Translations under genes and position numbers: made by a program
Shown here: positions 46,770-60,300 of the stretch, piece after piece
Numbering within the stretch: position 1 is the stretch's first letter
Layout: each line of letters opens with the position of its first letter
From: the human T2T-CHM13v2.0 reference genome, Homo sapiens
Assembly: GCF_009914755.1 (NCBI RefSeq)
Contig: NC_060937.1
DNA: 64,000 bases
Reading direction: 5' to 3' (one strand)
The notes under the pieces: generated by a model
Databases searched by the model: none
What the model was told of the DNA's origin: nothing
What the model saw: the letters and a program-made list of their open reading frames with translations, nothing else

Positions 46770-48669
46770 TAGTTATATACATACAATTAGCTTATGTTTT
46801 TAAGAAGTGGAAAGATAAACCAAAACTTTCTTAAAAAACAAACAAAAAAAAAAGGTAAAAAGGTTGCCTGTTGGGGAAGAAGTAAAGAGGGAAATATATA
46901 AAAGCTAGATTCCCTGATAATACCTTGTTCTATACTTTCCACTTTGGAATCATGTAAATACAAAATAAAAAACAAAAGGTTGTGTTTTTTTTTTTTTAAA
47001 AAAAAAGCAATACCTTTAAAAACAATGAAACTATACAAAGCTGAGACAAAACACACAGAGAATTATTTCACATGAATTTTAAAATCCACTAAGTTGTGGG
47101 ACATACCCTAAAGGACAGAAAGAAATGCAGATATAATTGCTTTCAGTAATCAGACTGTTGGTATTCTTATTATAAAACTGTCATATCTGTACTAAGGGAC
47201 AAAGCAAATGAATAATTATGATAGTATGGCATGAACGAAGGTACAAACAGATGTCAGATAAGAAAAAAAAATCTATACTCCTGGACTTGCATTGAAAATA
47301 TCAGTATGAACTCAAGTATTACCTCTTTAAAAAATACATGTTTTCTCAGACTTGCCACTTAAAAAGCTCAGAAACAATAATCAACCCAGTATCTATGAAT
47401 ACTCATAAGGCCAAATTGTGCTCTCTAAATACCATTTGGCCCATTCAAGTTCTGACTCAAGAAACGTAAAGATGAGCCTGAAACATTTTATCATACCAGA
47501 TAGAGGGCTTCTCAGAAGGATGCAACAGTTAACCTGAAGAGGTTCCCAAAGACCAAAGGTTGGACAATTTCAATCACAACTTACATGAACTGAACTACAT
47601 CAATGTTTTAAGTCATAAGTTCAAAACAGTATGCCAGTGGAACACACATGTGTATGCATGTGTATGCACACACGCACAATACACACACACACACACACAC
47701 ACACCTGAAAACAAAAAGTAAACAAAATACAAAAAAAACAAAAAACAAAAAAAACCCTAGGTCACCTTTATTGGACATAATAGAACAAACATTATTTTGA
47801 AAATTGGTCAATAAAGGCAAACAATCAGGTAATTATCCTACTTTTCCTATGCAAAATGTACTCCATGGTAACAAATGGTTGACACGTGGAAGTATTACTT
47901 TTTAGAAGCATTACATATAATAAGTGAAGAATGACAGAATTACAATAGCAACGCTTTGCAACACAAACAAAATACTGGATCTAAGCTATGATGTCAATGG
48001 CTAGTAATACCACAAAAAGATTAACATTGTATACGTTTTGATGAAATTAAACACCTACTATGAAATATTCTTGTTCCCTGCTCCCCAAAATCAAATATGA
48101 ATATGGTCAAGCCTACAGATTGAACTCCCAGTTTACAGGAAATACACAAGGCAGAGAACACAGAGAGGGCAGAGAACACAGTAAATGAATGACAGCCTAA
48201 AGATGCAACCATTAAAATCCAGACTATGAGAAACTTAACAAGACCATCAACCTGGATTTTTCAACAAATAAACCACAGAAAATACTTTTCTTTTTAAAAG
48301 GGGAAACCAACAGATTAAGAAACTTACTGACATATTAACCAACTACAATGCAGAGACTTATTCTGACCCTTACAAAGAACTTAAACAAAAGATATAAGAG
48401 ACTCAGAAATTTCAACAGACTGTATTTTTATAAAACATAACCATAATACCATTACCCCACCTAAAACAAGTAACAGTAATTTTTTTATACCATTATCAAT
48501 ACCTTTATCTTTTACAGATGCATGATGAAATGTATGAAATGATATAATGTCTGGGATTTGCTTGAAAATAATCACAGTTGTGGGAGGAAGTAAGAATACA
48601 GACAAAACAACAAACAAGATTGGGCAGGAGCTGACCGTTGTTTAAGATGATCACAGATATAAGACGTTC
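46770..48669 (+). mobile_element. Ancient L1MC-like 3' region
   Basis: gatataatgtctgggatttgcttgaaaataatc...aacaagattgggcaggagctga; boundaries approximate. Confidence 0.6.
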
Positions 48670-49228
48670 TGACAAAGATTCTCTCCTTGACCAAACTCTC
48701 TTTTGTTTTTTCAATATATATTTATCGAATATATAGATAGATACACACACATACATATATATGCGTGCATGTGTGTGTGCGTGCATGTGTGTGTGCGCAC
48801 GTGTGTGAAGATAGGGTCTCCCTATGTTGCCCAGGCTAGTCTCAAACTCCTGGACTCAAGCAATCCTCCTGCCTCAGCCTCCCAAAGGCTACTCTGAACT
48901 CTCTTCTCAACTTGGCCCTAACTTTTGGACTTCTGTATTTGTCCCTGCATAGTCCAATTTTACCAAGAATCTTGCTTAAGTCAGTTTAGCCAGGATCCTC
49001 CCTTACCCATAATGTATCCTTTTAATAATTTTTCATCCACTGCCCCGACCCTCTTCCTTGGTTATAAATTCCCACTTTTCCTTGCTGTATTTGGAGTTGG
49101 GCCCAATCTTTCTCCCCTACTGCAAAACTCCACTGCAGTAGTCTCTATGCTTATTGCAACAGTCCCTCTGAATAAAGCCTGCCTTAACATCTTTCAGCAA
49201 GAGTCATGAATAATCGTTTTCTTTAACC
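48670..49228 (+). mobile_element. MER31-like ERV1 solo LTR carrying an Alu fragment and microsatellite (~48700-48888)
   Basis: tgacaaagattctctccttgaccaaactct start; tataaattccc; aataaa 49171-49176; TSD gttc/attc. Confidence 0.78.
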
Positions 49229-49310
49229 ATTCATTACACTCATAATATTTAGCTGAAACACAAATTATTAGCTGTATTAATAATTAGGTTCATTTTAGAA
49301 TCTGTGTTTA

Positions 49311-49523
<213 letters not shown>

Positions 49524-49800
49524 TCAACAGAGGAGACTTCCATTATTTAGTATAAACACTTCTAAACCAAAGAAAACACTGTAAAAGCCCAGGTTATCTT
49601 ATAAAATATTTTGCCTTACAATAATTCTGACTTGCTTAGTAATTCAGGCAAGTCAGAATTCAAGACAAATCACAACAAATAAAAAGTGTATCAAATTATA
49701 CCAAGCAAAAGTATAAACATTTTGCCCCAATGTTAAAATGTTTTAAAAACTATAGTTTTAATTTCATATTGTATAATGCTTTCAAAGACACAGCTATTTA

Positions 49801-50007
<207 letters not shown>

Positions 50008-50402
50008 CTATGAATAAAGTGTTCTGATAGATTAAAATTTAAAAGAAATTTAAGTTCTTTTCCCCAAAAAATACTAGTATATGTGCTTCATGATAAACAT
50101 TAACTTGATAGAAAGATTTTCAGACCAAACCACAATACCCTCTTCTAGCTCTCTTTATTGAAGTCTATGTAGTCCACTGCCCACCAGAACTTATTTCCAT
50201 CTCCTTGGGTAATTTCAACATCTAGTTCACATTTCCTTCTCTACTATATCCCATATGAACAAGACCATCTAATTCCATTTACTTTCTCCTGTTAAATTTG
50301 GCCATTCACCAACGTGACTACCCCCAGATCATACTGTAAGATAGTCTCATGTGCAAGATCTCCAATTTAGTGTTTGTCACCTATCATTTCCTCATTTATC
50401 CC

Positions 50403-50873
50403 TGTAGGAAAAGGGCGTGTTGTGTGGCAAGAGTAACACCATCTTGAAGCAAAACTGTCATAATGACTAATGTTTGACTCCTGCAGAGCAAGGCCTTCTG
50501 CAGCAAGGTCAAGAAATACTGCCTGTAACATAGATAACCCTTATAAAGAAACAATGCCTGTAGCATAAATGACAACTCATAAAGATGTTTACCTAACTTC
50601 CTCAATGGTCACAAGTTTGACAAGAGGGTCTGAGATGTGACCAGCTGTGCAAGTGTTACCAAGAAAAAAAGCTCACTACATAAAGGATAATTTCTGGAGG
50701 GCTAGTGTGGGGATCCACCATCTCGCAGCCACCCAAGCCATAGCTTCTGTTTCTAAGTCCCTATATAAATTTAGTTTCTTTCTGAGAACTGGATTTGCCA
50801 GCCTCTTTCTCTGGCCTCTCAGATCCCCTGGCCTCTGGGGGTACATATGCATAGACCTGCTCACTGCAAAACA
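50403..50873 (+). mobile_element. ERVL-class solo LTR (LTR47-like)
   Basis: TG...CA with perfect 5-bp TSD ATCCC (50398-50402, 50874-50878); subfamily from memory. Confidence 0.82.
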
Positions 50874-51399
50874 ATCCCCATCAATGTAATCAACGTTTTA
50901 CACAAACCAGGCCCTAAGAATCACCCAGCTTCTCCTGTATGGCCCTCTCTTGGGTACATTTCACATCCAAATCTCAGGACCTGTTTGGGTCAGCATTCTT
51001 TCAACATCACAATGATAGTTCTGAATCAGTGTTCTCCTATCCTTTCCAAATAATCTCTCTTTTTTTAAAAAAAGAGGTTTAGTTCACTCAGCTATACCAG
51101 GGCTTCTCAAACAATGAGATTAAAATGCATTGTAGATACACCAAAATATCGTTCCCCTCAATTCTTGGGGCAGCTAGTAATGTTCTGGGGCAGCAGGAGC
51201 CTCAGGGCCAGTGGACTCTGACTACAAGCAATCTTCTCCATCTACCTCCAAGGCCCCATTGAAATACCTTCTGTGAATGCCATGACATGAAAAGGGGTGA
51301 GACACACTGAGCTATACTATACATTCTTTACCTTACCACTATTATTCCCAGACCTTTAAGAAATGAAGCTCTGGAATTCATAACAGACTAGAACTCATA

Positions 51400-53660
51400 G
51401 CAGCCTTTGGCATCTCTCATCTCTCTCCCTCTCACCTCATTCTGGATAGTTTCCATATTCACCACCAGGCACCATCTAACACTCCAGCCTTAAAGTTCTT
51501 GGATCTTTACTCTACCAAGCCACTTTCACCTGTAGTCAATTTAAACGAATTACTACCATGGATAAATCCTGGACTAGGCCAGAATGAGTGTCTCTAGAAT
51601 ATTAAATGTATAAATCTCATTCTCTGCTCAACCTCCTTCCCCTTTCACTTTAATGCCTTTCTCCTCTAGCTCTATCAAACACAATCTTTTCCTCTTAAAA
51701 GCCTCTAGTCCCCCACCCCGCCCCCCCTCCCAAAAAAAAGCCTCTAGTCCCTCAATCCCTCTCTAATCTTCTACTCTATTAGCTCTCAATGGAACTGACT
51801 TTCTTCACTATAGAGCCTGGGACATATGGCTAAGCAATTCAGTGTCACTGCCACCTGCATGCTCAATTCTGTCATACCTATTCCTCTGCCATCCTACTTC
51901 AAACAATGCATCTTTGGATGATTCCAGCCATAGCTTATTCAGGGAAAAGTAAAAAAGTAAAAACTGAAAACAAAACTGGAAACACTAGCATAACCTGAAG
52001 AGCAATAAAATAATAATTCATCAGCAATCCTCAACTTAGCAGTCGGCCTCATACCTTTAACTCTCTTCATAAGCCTTCTATCCCATGCAAGCTCTCTAAC
52101 TTTTAGCATACAACCTTCCTTTCTTTAGTGGCACCTCAGGAAAGGAGTAACCACCTTTCCAAAGCTGACCTGGCCAGATAATTATCTCCATCTATTTACT
52201 ACATAGTATTTCCTCCAGGTCTTCACCCCTCTAGCTACATTCACTCTCTTTATTTTCAAATCTCTTCTCTTCCTCCAACTAGAAAGAGCTCATCTTCTTG
52301 ATCTTCTAAACAAGCAAGAAAACATACACCACAAAACTCTCCTCAGTCCTACTGCCTTTGACTGATAGCACTGCATCCCTTCCATGCCTTTGTAAAAAAA
52401 AAAAAAAAAAAGTCCTGGAAGAGTACTCTCTCCTGGATATCTCTATTCCCTCAATTCCTCATCAAATCAATCCATTACAATCTGGCCTATGCCCCCATCT
52501 CTTCTACTATTCTTACGAAGGTTCCCACTCACCTCTTTCAGTTCTTACTCTGTCTGAATAGTCCTACAACATTTGACATTGTTTCCCAATGCCTTACTTC
52601 TCAAAACTCTTCACCTTGGTCCTTCGATGTCACCACTCTCTCCCGATCTGTTCTTATCTCTGTCATTTGTTCTCTGTTTTTCATTTGGGTTTTCCTTCTC
52701 TATTCAACCCTTCAACAAAAATGGAGGGGCCAGGTTCCATTCTTGGTTCCTCATCTCACTTGCACAGATCACCTCACCAACTCCTAAGACTTCAACTTTT
52801 CTCCAATATAGGAAGTACAATATCTTTTCAATGAACTGTCTACTAGATATAGTCACCACAATCCAAACTTGACATTCATTCTGAAATACCTATTCCTCGA
52901 CTTTGCCTCTGACAGCATGAAAGTCATCACCACCCAATGATTCTCCCCAGCCCAAAGTCCTAATGTTAACTTAACCAACCCTTCTATGAGGCTCCCAGAA
53001 AAGAAGAAAAAAAATGAATTTAATGACCCTATCTCAGAAATGCCTCTAATTTATTCTTACTGATATTGCCTTTGTCAGGGATCTCTTCCACAAGAGAATT
53101 CATTATGAATTCTCTTGTGTATGTGCTGGGGTAGGGAGTTAAAATCCAAACTCCTTAACTATAGATAATAGGGATCTTCACAAATGTGGTCACAATTTGC
53201 CAACATTATCTCTTATCATTTATCCCAATAATGCCATATTCTTACACATAAGCATCTTACCACCCCATGAACATAATGGCCCTCTCTGGATTCTATGTCT
53301 TTGTACATTTTCTTCCTCTTGCCCTCATTTAATTTTCAAGACAGCTTAAGGTATCATCCATTCAGTGAAGGCCACCCTGATTCTCCCAGTTTTTGCCTCT
53401 GTCCTCTGTTCTTCCACAGCACTACTTTGTGTCAATCACCCCAGTAAAACTATAAGTAACTTAAGAGAAGGGCCCATGTATTTCCAAGTCCAAGCACAGT
53501 GACCATCACAAAATATATGGCCACTTCAATGCTATCCACATTGACACCCTGGGTTTCCATTCTGTTTCCAACTCTGATGCCCATCATGTCAGTCCCCTAC
53601 ACTGTAACTCTTCATATACTTTTCTCCATTCTTGCACCTGGGCCCTAAAAGCCATGCTTA
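51400..53660 (+). mobile_element. L2 LINE fragments
   Basis: Pyrimidine-rich L2 motifs (caatccattacaatctggc; aaaatccaaactcctta); boundaries approximate. Confidence 0.6.
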
Positions 53661-54500
53661 GAAAAATAAACAACTAGAATTCTAATTCTAGTTGTAAGTA
53701 CTCAACTCAATTCTAGTAGTAAGTACTCAACAGTTAGATAATTAGATTGTCTTTAATACTCTGCTTCTCGAGTTTGTCAAAAGAAGCTATAGAAATATAG
53801 TTCTAATAAAATGTTTACTTGTTTTAGTAATTACTGAACAAGGGAAATAATGCACATTTTACATCTCATTTAGTTTAATCCTCCTTGCAAAATTAATAAA
53901 TATGGAAAATAAGGCTGTAGGCTCAAAGGAAAAGGCATTGAAATAAATTTATATTTTAAACAATTCTACGGTCTAACACCACAAATAAAAATATACATTG
54001 CCAGCAGCATCATCAATAATAAATATTGATTAATGACCTACATATGTACTGGGCATTATACCAGACACTACGAGAAGCAACAATTAGTAAGATATGATCC
54101 CTATCAGTGAAGAATTCTCGGTTTAAATCCAGTAAGAATAGTTCCACAGAGATTATTATCTTTTTTGTAAGCCTTACAAAATCTACACTGGCCACACAAT
54201 AGATACACTCCTTAACAAATATCTAGTGATTAATAATATATATGTCTTTTGAATTATGATACTTCACATCCCTTGTACTTTGATAATCATTAATAAACAC
54301 ATAGTTCTAAATTATGGCACATCTATAATGACAGATTACACAAACATTAAAATGAGTGTTTCAGAAGAGTCTCTTGGTGAATTGCAAAAATCTTCAAGAT
54401 ATGATAGCAAAAAAAGACTCAAAATATATATTAAAAGACATATATGTGAATTCTAAATTCTAAAACATAAAAATATACATTTTTATAAGTATTTATTTTA

Positions 54501-54988
<488 letters not shown>

Positions 54989-55561
54989 TTAATTTCAAGA
55001 CAGATACAATAAAGTATCAAATAGTCAAATGGTCTTTCATTTAGGGAAAAGACACATTTTAATTTTGTTACTTAATGAAAATATTTCAATTTATGTTCAC
55101 TATGAATTCAAACTGTTCTTTAAAAAAGAATATTTGGGAATTAAAACTGCCCCATCAAAGTTATTGGGTCTACATCCATGCTATGCACTACATAAAGAAA
55201 AAGAAAACCTCAAAAATATTTTAAATTATTTAAAAATTGTCAAAAATTAACTATCCTTGTTCGTAGCTAACCCCATCACTTGGGCCCCATATCCCATCCC
55301 CTCTCCTCTACTCAAAAATAATGTTCCAGCAATTCTGTCTCCCCTACATTATAAATCTGCCTCCCCCCACCCCTTACCTTTCTATTGGCTAAATCTTGCC
55401 GACTTGCTAAAACAGTTTTATTTCCTCACCTTAATAAAAAGAAAAAAAAATCTTTTAACTCCTATCTCCCCCTTACTCTTTACTACATAGCAACTCCTTG
55501 AAGATTTGTCTAATTAAAAGAGGGGTCTCAGAACAAGGGTTTCTGGGGAAAAAAAAGAAAT

Positions 55562-56070
<509 letters not shown>

Positions 56071-56369
56071 TGCTTAAACTCCTTGTACCAAATTTTTTTC
56101 CTGCCATTCTCTCTTATACCCACTCTAATCAGGCTTTTACTCCCAGCACTCTACCAAAATGGCTCTTAACAAAGGTCACCTCTCTGACTTCACCTTTCAG
56201 TACCCTACCCCTTCCTCACTCCAATCTAACCACAACATTCTCCTTGCAGCTCCTGAAAAGATACAGGGTTGAAAGAAGCAAGCAATTTCAGCTGCTGCCC
56301 AACACAGGAGAAAAAGTTTGGAGCCCAGCTAAGTTAAGTACCATTAATACCAAAAGTCAATATTCTTTC

Positions 56370-57060
56370 AGAGGAAGATAACAGAATTCAGTCTTTACAC
56401 CATAGCTCCCAAAATGCACAGTGTATGAGTCAAACTTACTAGATCCGTAATGAAACGGGGAAATGTAACCACTAGTAAAGAGAAGAAACAGTCAACTGAA
56501 ACCAAACCCACAGTAACCCAAATTTAGAATAATCAGAAGACTATTATAAACTTTTTAAAACATGTTTAAGGATTTAAGAGAAAATATGGTCATAATAAAT
56601 GAACACACAGGTAATCTAAGCAGAGAATAAAACAAGGGAACAACATGGAAAATCCAGAACTAAAAAGTATAATATCTGAAATAAAAAATTCACTGGATGA
56701 ACTTAACAGCAGACTGGTGATGGGTCAGTGAACCTGAAGACAAAGAGAAATTATCCAATCTGCAGGAAGAAAAAAAAAGAAAAAAGAAACTGCACCTCAG
56801 TGACCTCTTGGACAATATCAAGAAGTCTAATGTGAAACTGGAAGAAAAGGAGAATGGGACAGGAAAAAAGTGATGAAAGAAAAATATATCAAGCCAAGAT
56901 TCTATATCCAGTGAAAATATACTTCAAAAGAAGGACAGAATAAAGATATTTGCAGAATAATGGAAACAATATTCATCACTAGCAGACCTGTGCTAAGAGA
57001 AATGCTACAGAAAGTTCTTCAGGCTCAAGGGATGTAACGTGGAAATCTGAATCTAAAGTA
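56370..57060 (+). mobile_element. Ancient L1M ORF1-region fragment
   Basis: aatatctgaaataaaaaattcactggatgaacttaacagcagactgg; ccaagattctatatccagtgaaaatatacttcaa. Confidence 0.65.
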
Positions 57061-57073
57061 GTAAATGTCAAGA

Positions 57074-57280
57074 AGGGGCAGTTTTGTCCCACAGGGGACA
57101 TCAGGAAATGTCTGGAGGCATTTTTGTTTGTCACAAATGGAGGTTGCTACTGGCACCTGAATGCTACTGGATAAACATCCTGTTAAACATCCGACCAAGC
57201 ACAGGACAGCCTCCCATAACAACAACAAAAAAATCAACCTACCCTAAAATGTCAATAGTGCCAATGTTGGTAAATCTTCA
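57074..57280. mobile_element. MER20 hAT MITE
   Basis: aggggacatcaggaaatgtctggaggcattttt...gcacaggacagcc...aaaatgtcaatagtgcc. Confidence 0.8.
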
Positions 57281-57320
57281 TCTATGGGTAGGAAAGAACA
57301 ACAAAAATATATGAGCAAAT

Positions 57321-60300
57321 TGAAACCAACCCAATAGTCCCACAGACTATTCTTTTGGATAAACAGTGAAATTGATCTTTCTGGTCTTAAAGCTTGAAGC
57401 TTACATTTGTTTTATCTCAGTTCCTTCCTCAGGAAGGGACCTTCATGGCTCTCAAAAAAATGTGTCAAAGAACTGAAACTCACCAGATCACCACATCCAG
57501 ACAATGAGACTAGACTCTGGACCTCTCATTCATCATGATTGCTTCCTTGACCCTCCCTAGTTCCTATTTTCTTACACATTGTTACATTTTTTTCCTTGCT
57601 ATATAAACCCCGAGTTTTAGCCAGTCAGGGAGATGGATTTGAGACTGAGCTCCGATCTCCTCAGCTGCAGCACCCGATTAAAGCCTTCTTCCTTGGCAAT
57701 ACTTGTCTCAGTAATTGGCTTTCTGTGTGGCGAGCAGCAGGACCTAGACCAAACCCCTAGTGATTCCGTAACAGATTTTGGTTAGTTGACAGGGAACATG
57801 TTGCTTGTGACTCAGCTGATGTGGGCAGGGAGTCTCAGAAGCCATCCTAAGCAGCTGCCCACCCAGTTTTGGCTGAAGGTGAGTGTCAGTCTCTCTCTGG
57901 CCCCACCACAGCCGGCCCCAACCACATTCCTGATTGCCTCATTAGAACTGCCTTTGAAACTTGACATTGCATCGATATAGGTAAGTGTCCCTTATGGGCC
58001 TAGACATAAGGATTTGCTCCTCTCATTTTGGGAAATCTTTAAAGAATTTTCATTTGTAGATTGAACAAGCCCAAATGACTGAGAGAGGGAAGCACCCTAA
58101 CTGTTTCAGTAAGAACATTCTTGGAGGTTTTTCTGTAATTGCGTGTTGTGTCCGGGCAAGTGAGCGTCCTTTGTGGGTACCGGACAGTTGGATCAGCTCC
58201 TCTCAATTTGGGAAATTCCTAAGGAATTTTTGTTTGCAGTTGACCAAGCCCAACTAATGGAGAGAGGAAGCACCTCAAGTGTGTCAGTTTGGACACTTTT
58301 GGGGCTTGTTTGTTGCTGTAGCAGCTGGATTGTGTTTGGGTGATTGTGTTTCATATAGTCATGAGAAATTAGAATTTGGTAAAATGATACACTTTTGCAA
58401 TACTGTTTGGTCCCAGTGTTGTTTGGAATCTGGGGTTTGCTGCTGAATGAAAAAGTGGGATGGAGTTGTGTGTTACCCAGACTTTTGTGCTGCTACGCTA
58501 AGCAGGGTTGAGCCTGGTTAGTATGTGATGTTCTCCTTTGCTGATGTTTGGCCCCAGTGTTCTTTGGAGTCTGGGGAGGTTTGGCCTTTAGAAAATCAAA
58601 CTGCCATGAAAACTGCTTTACCCAAAGTTTTGGTTCACAGCTTTCAGTGAATTACCTATTGGAGTAAACAAAGTGTAACCATGTAAACTCAGTGAGTTTG
58701 TATTGCTATCTCATGGCTAGAGTTCCAAGGTAAACACTACTGGATTTTCATTTGTGTGTGTGTATACATACATGTCTAGATGTGTTTATTTGTATGAACA
58801 CTTATTGTTATATGTTGTGTCTACCAAATTGGCTTATAAGTAAAAGAGCACTCATAAATTAAGTCCAAGCAATTTTTAAGTTCATGTGAGTTAAGTAAAT
58901 CTTTACTAAACAAGCTAGCTTTAAAATAGTTAGTAAAATGAAAATAGCAACGTCCTCAGAATTGTCAGCATACATTTTTGCCTGGATTTTATATTTGTCT
59001 CTGGTAGGTATTTTGAGGTGTCAGGGTTTGGCATAGAAGGTTATAAAACTATAAACCCAGCCAAAACAAAATGATCTTTGTGCAAATTTTTTGAAAAGAG
59101 TAATTAAGTTATTGGTTTAATGAAAATAGTTATTGGTGAAAATGCCTATGTAGTTAACTTTAAAGTTATTATTTCAGTGAATGACTGATATTCATAGATT
59201 ATAAAATGGTTAATAAGGAAATAACTTTAAATGATGGCATCTAATATATGTTTTCAGAAGTAATCTAGATAAACTGTTTAAAATGAAAGAACTGAATACT
59301 TGTAATTGGGATAAATGTTTTAGGTAAACTTCTTGTGTAATTTAAAATTTTGAAATTATTTTTGATGCTCATTGGATATCTGGGTCATTTCCAGTTAAGA
59401 AAGGGTTGTGATATAGGGAAATACGTTTCTAAAAATTGTGGAACTGGTCTCATCTATAAAATGCTAATATAGTTCAGGATTGCTTTCTAGGGTTTCACTA
59501 ACATTTAAGGTTACTAAGGATAAGATATAATTCTGTTTAAAAAATGTGCCCCAAAAAATGTTATGAGAAAAATAATAATTTTGTTTAATTCAGAAGTTAT
59601 CTAAAAGTTAATTCAAATTATGGGCTTGAAAAAGTTTTTTATGAAACAAGGTAGTAAGGAAACAAGTGGGGGAGAAAGGTATGAAAAAAATTATGTATAT
59701 GATGATCATGTATTTTTGGTAAGGAAGGTTATAAAGATAATAATTTTGTATGTGAAAAGATCTTGTATGGTAAATTGCTGTCCTGGAGTAAAATGATGTT
59801 ATTTAAACAAATAAGAAAGAAGAAGGGAGAGGGAGAAGGAGGAGGGAGAAGGAGGAGGAGGGGGAGAAGGAGAGGTGGAGGAGGAGGGGCAGAGGAGGAG
59901 GGGGGAAGGGGAGCGGGGGGAGGAAGAGGAGGAGGAGGAGGAGGAAAATCTGGGACTGATCGGAAAGCCCAGGAGAAGGAGGAGGAGGAAGAGGAAAAAA
60001 ATCTGGTACTGATTGGAAAGCCCAGGCATGTCATGGATGGTCTGTGTAAGTCATATGTAGCTTTTCTGGTTTTCCAGTGTATAGTCTATCTTCATGCACA
60101 AAAAGAGAAAACAGAACACAGAAGAGTTTAGACAATAGATTCTTTAAAACCTGAGAATGAGAGAAATTTGGCTAACTAACATTTCATAGTTAAAGCTCTT
60201 AGTCTTGATGAAGGTAAAATAAGAAATACTGTAAAGAAATGCATCAGCAATTTAGCAATTCTTAATAGTTAAGCATGAAGCCAGATCTAGTGTGGACCCA

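Noticed and set aside
59729-60131. Gly/Arg/Glu-rich and Pro/Ser-rich ORFs
   Set aside because: By-products of the stop-free GGA tract; no ATG-led coding context or homology
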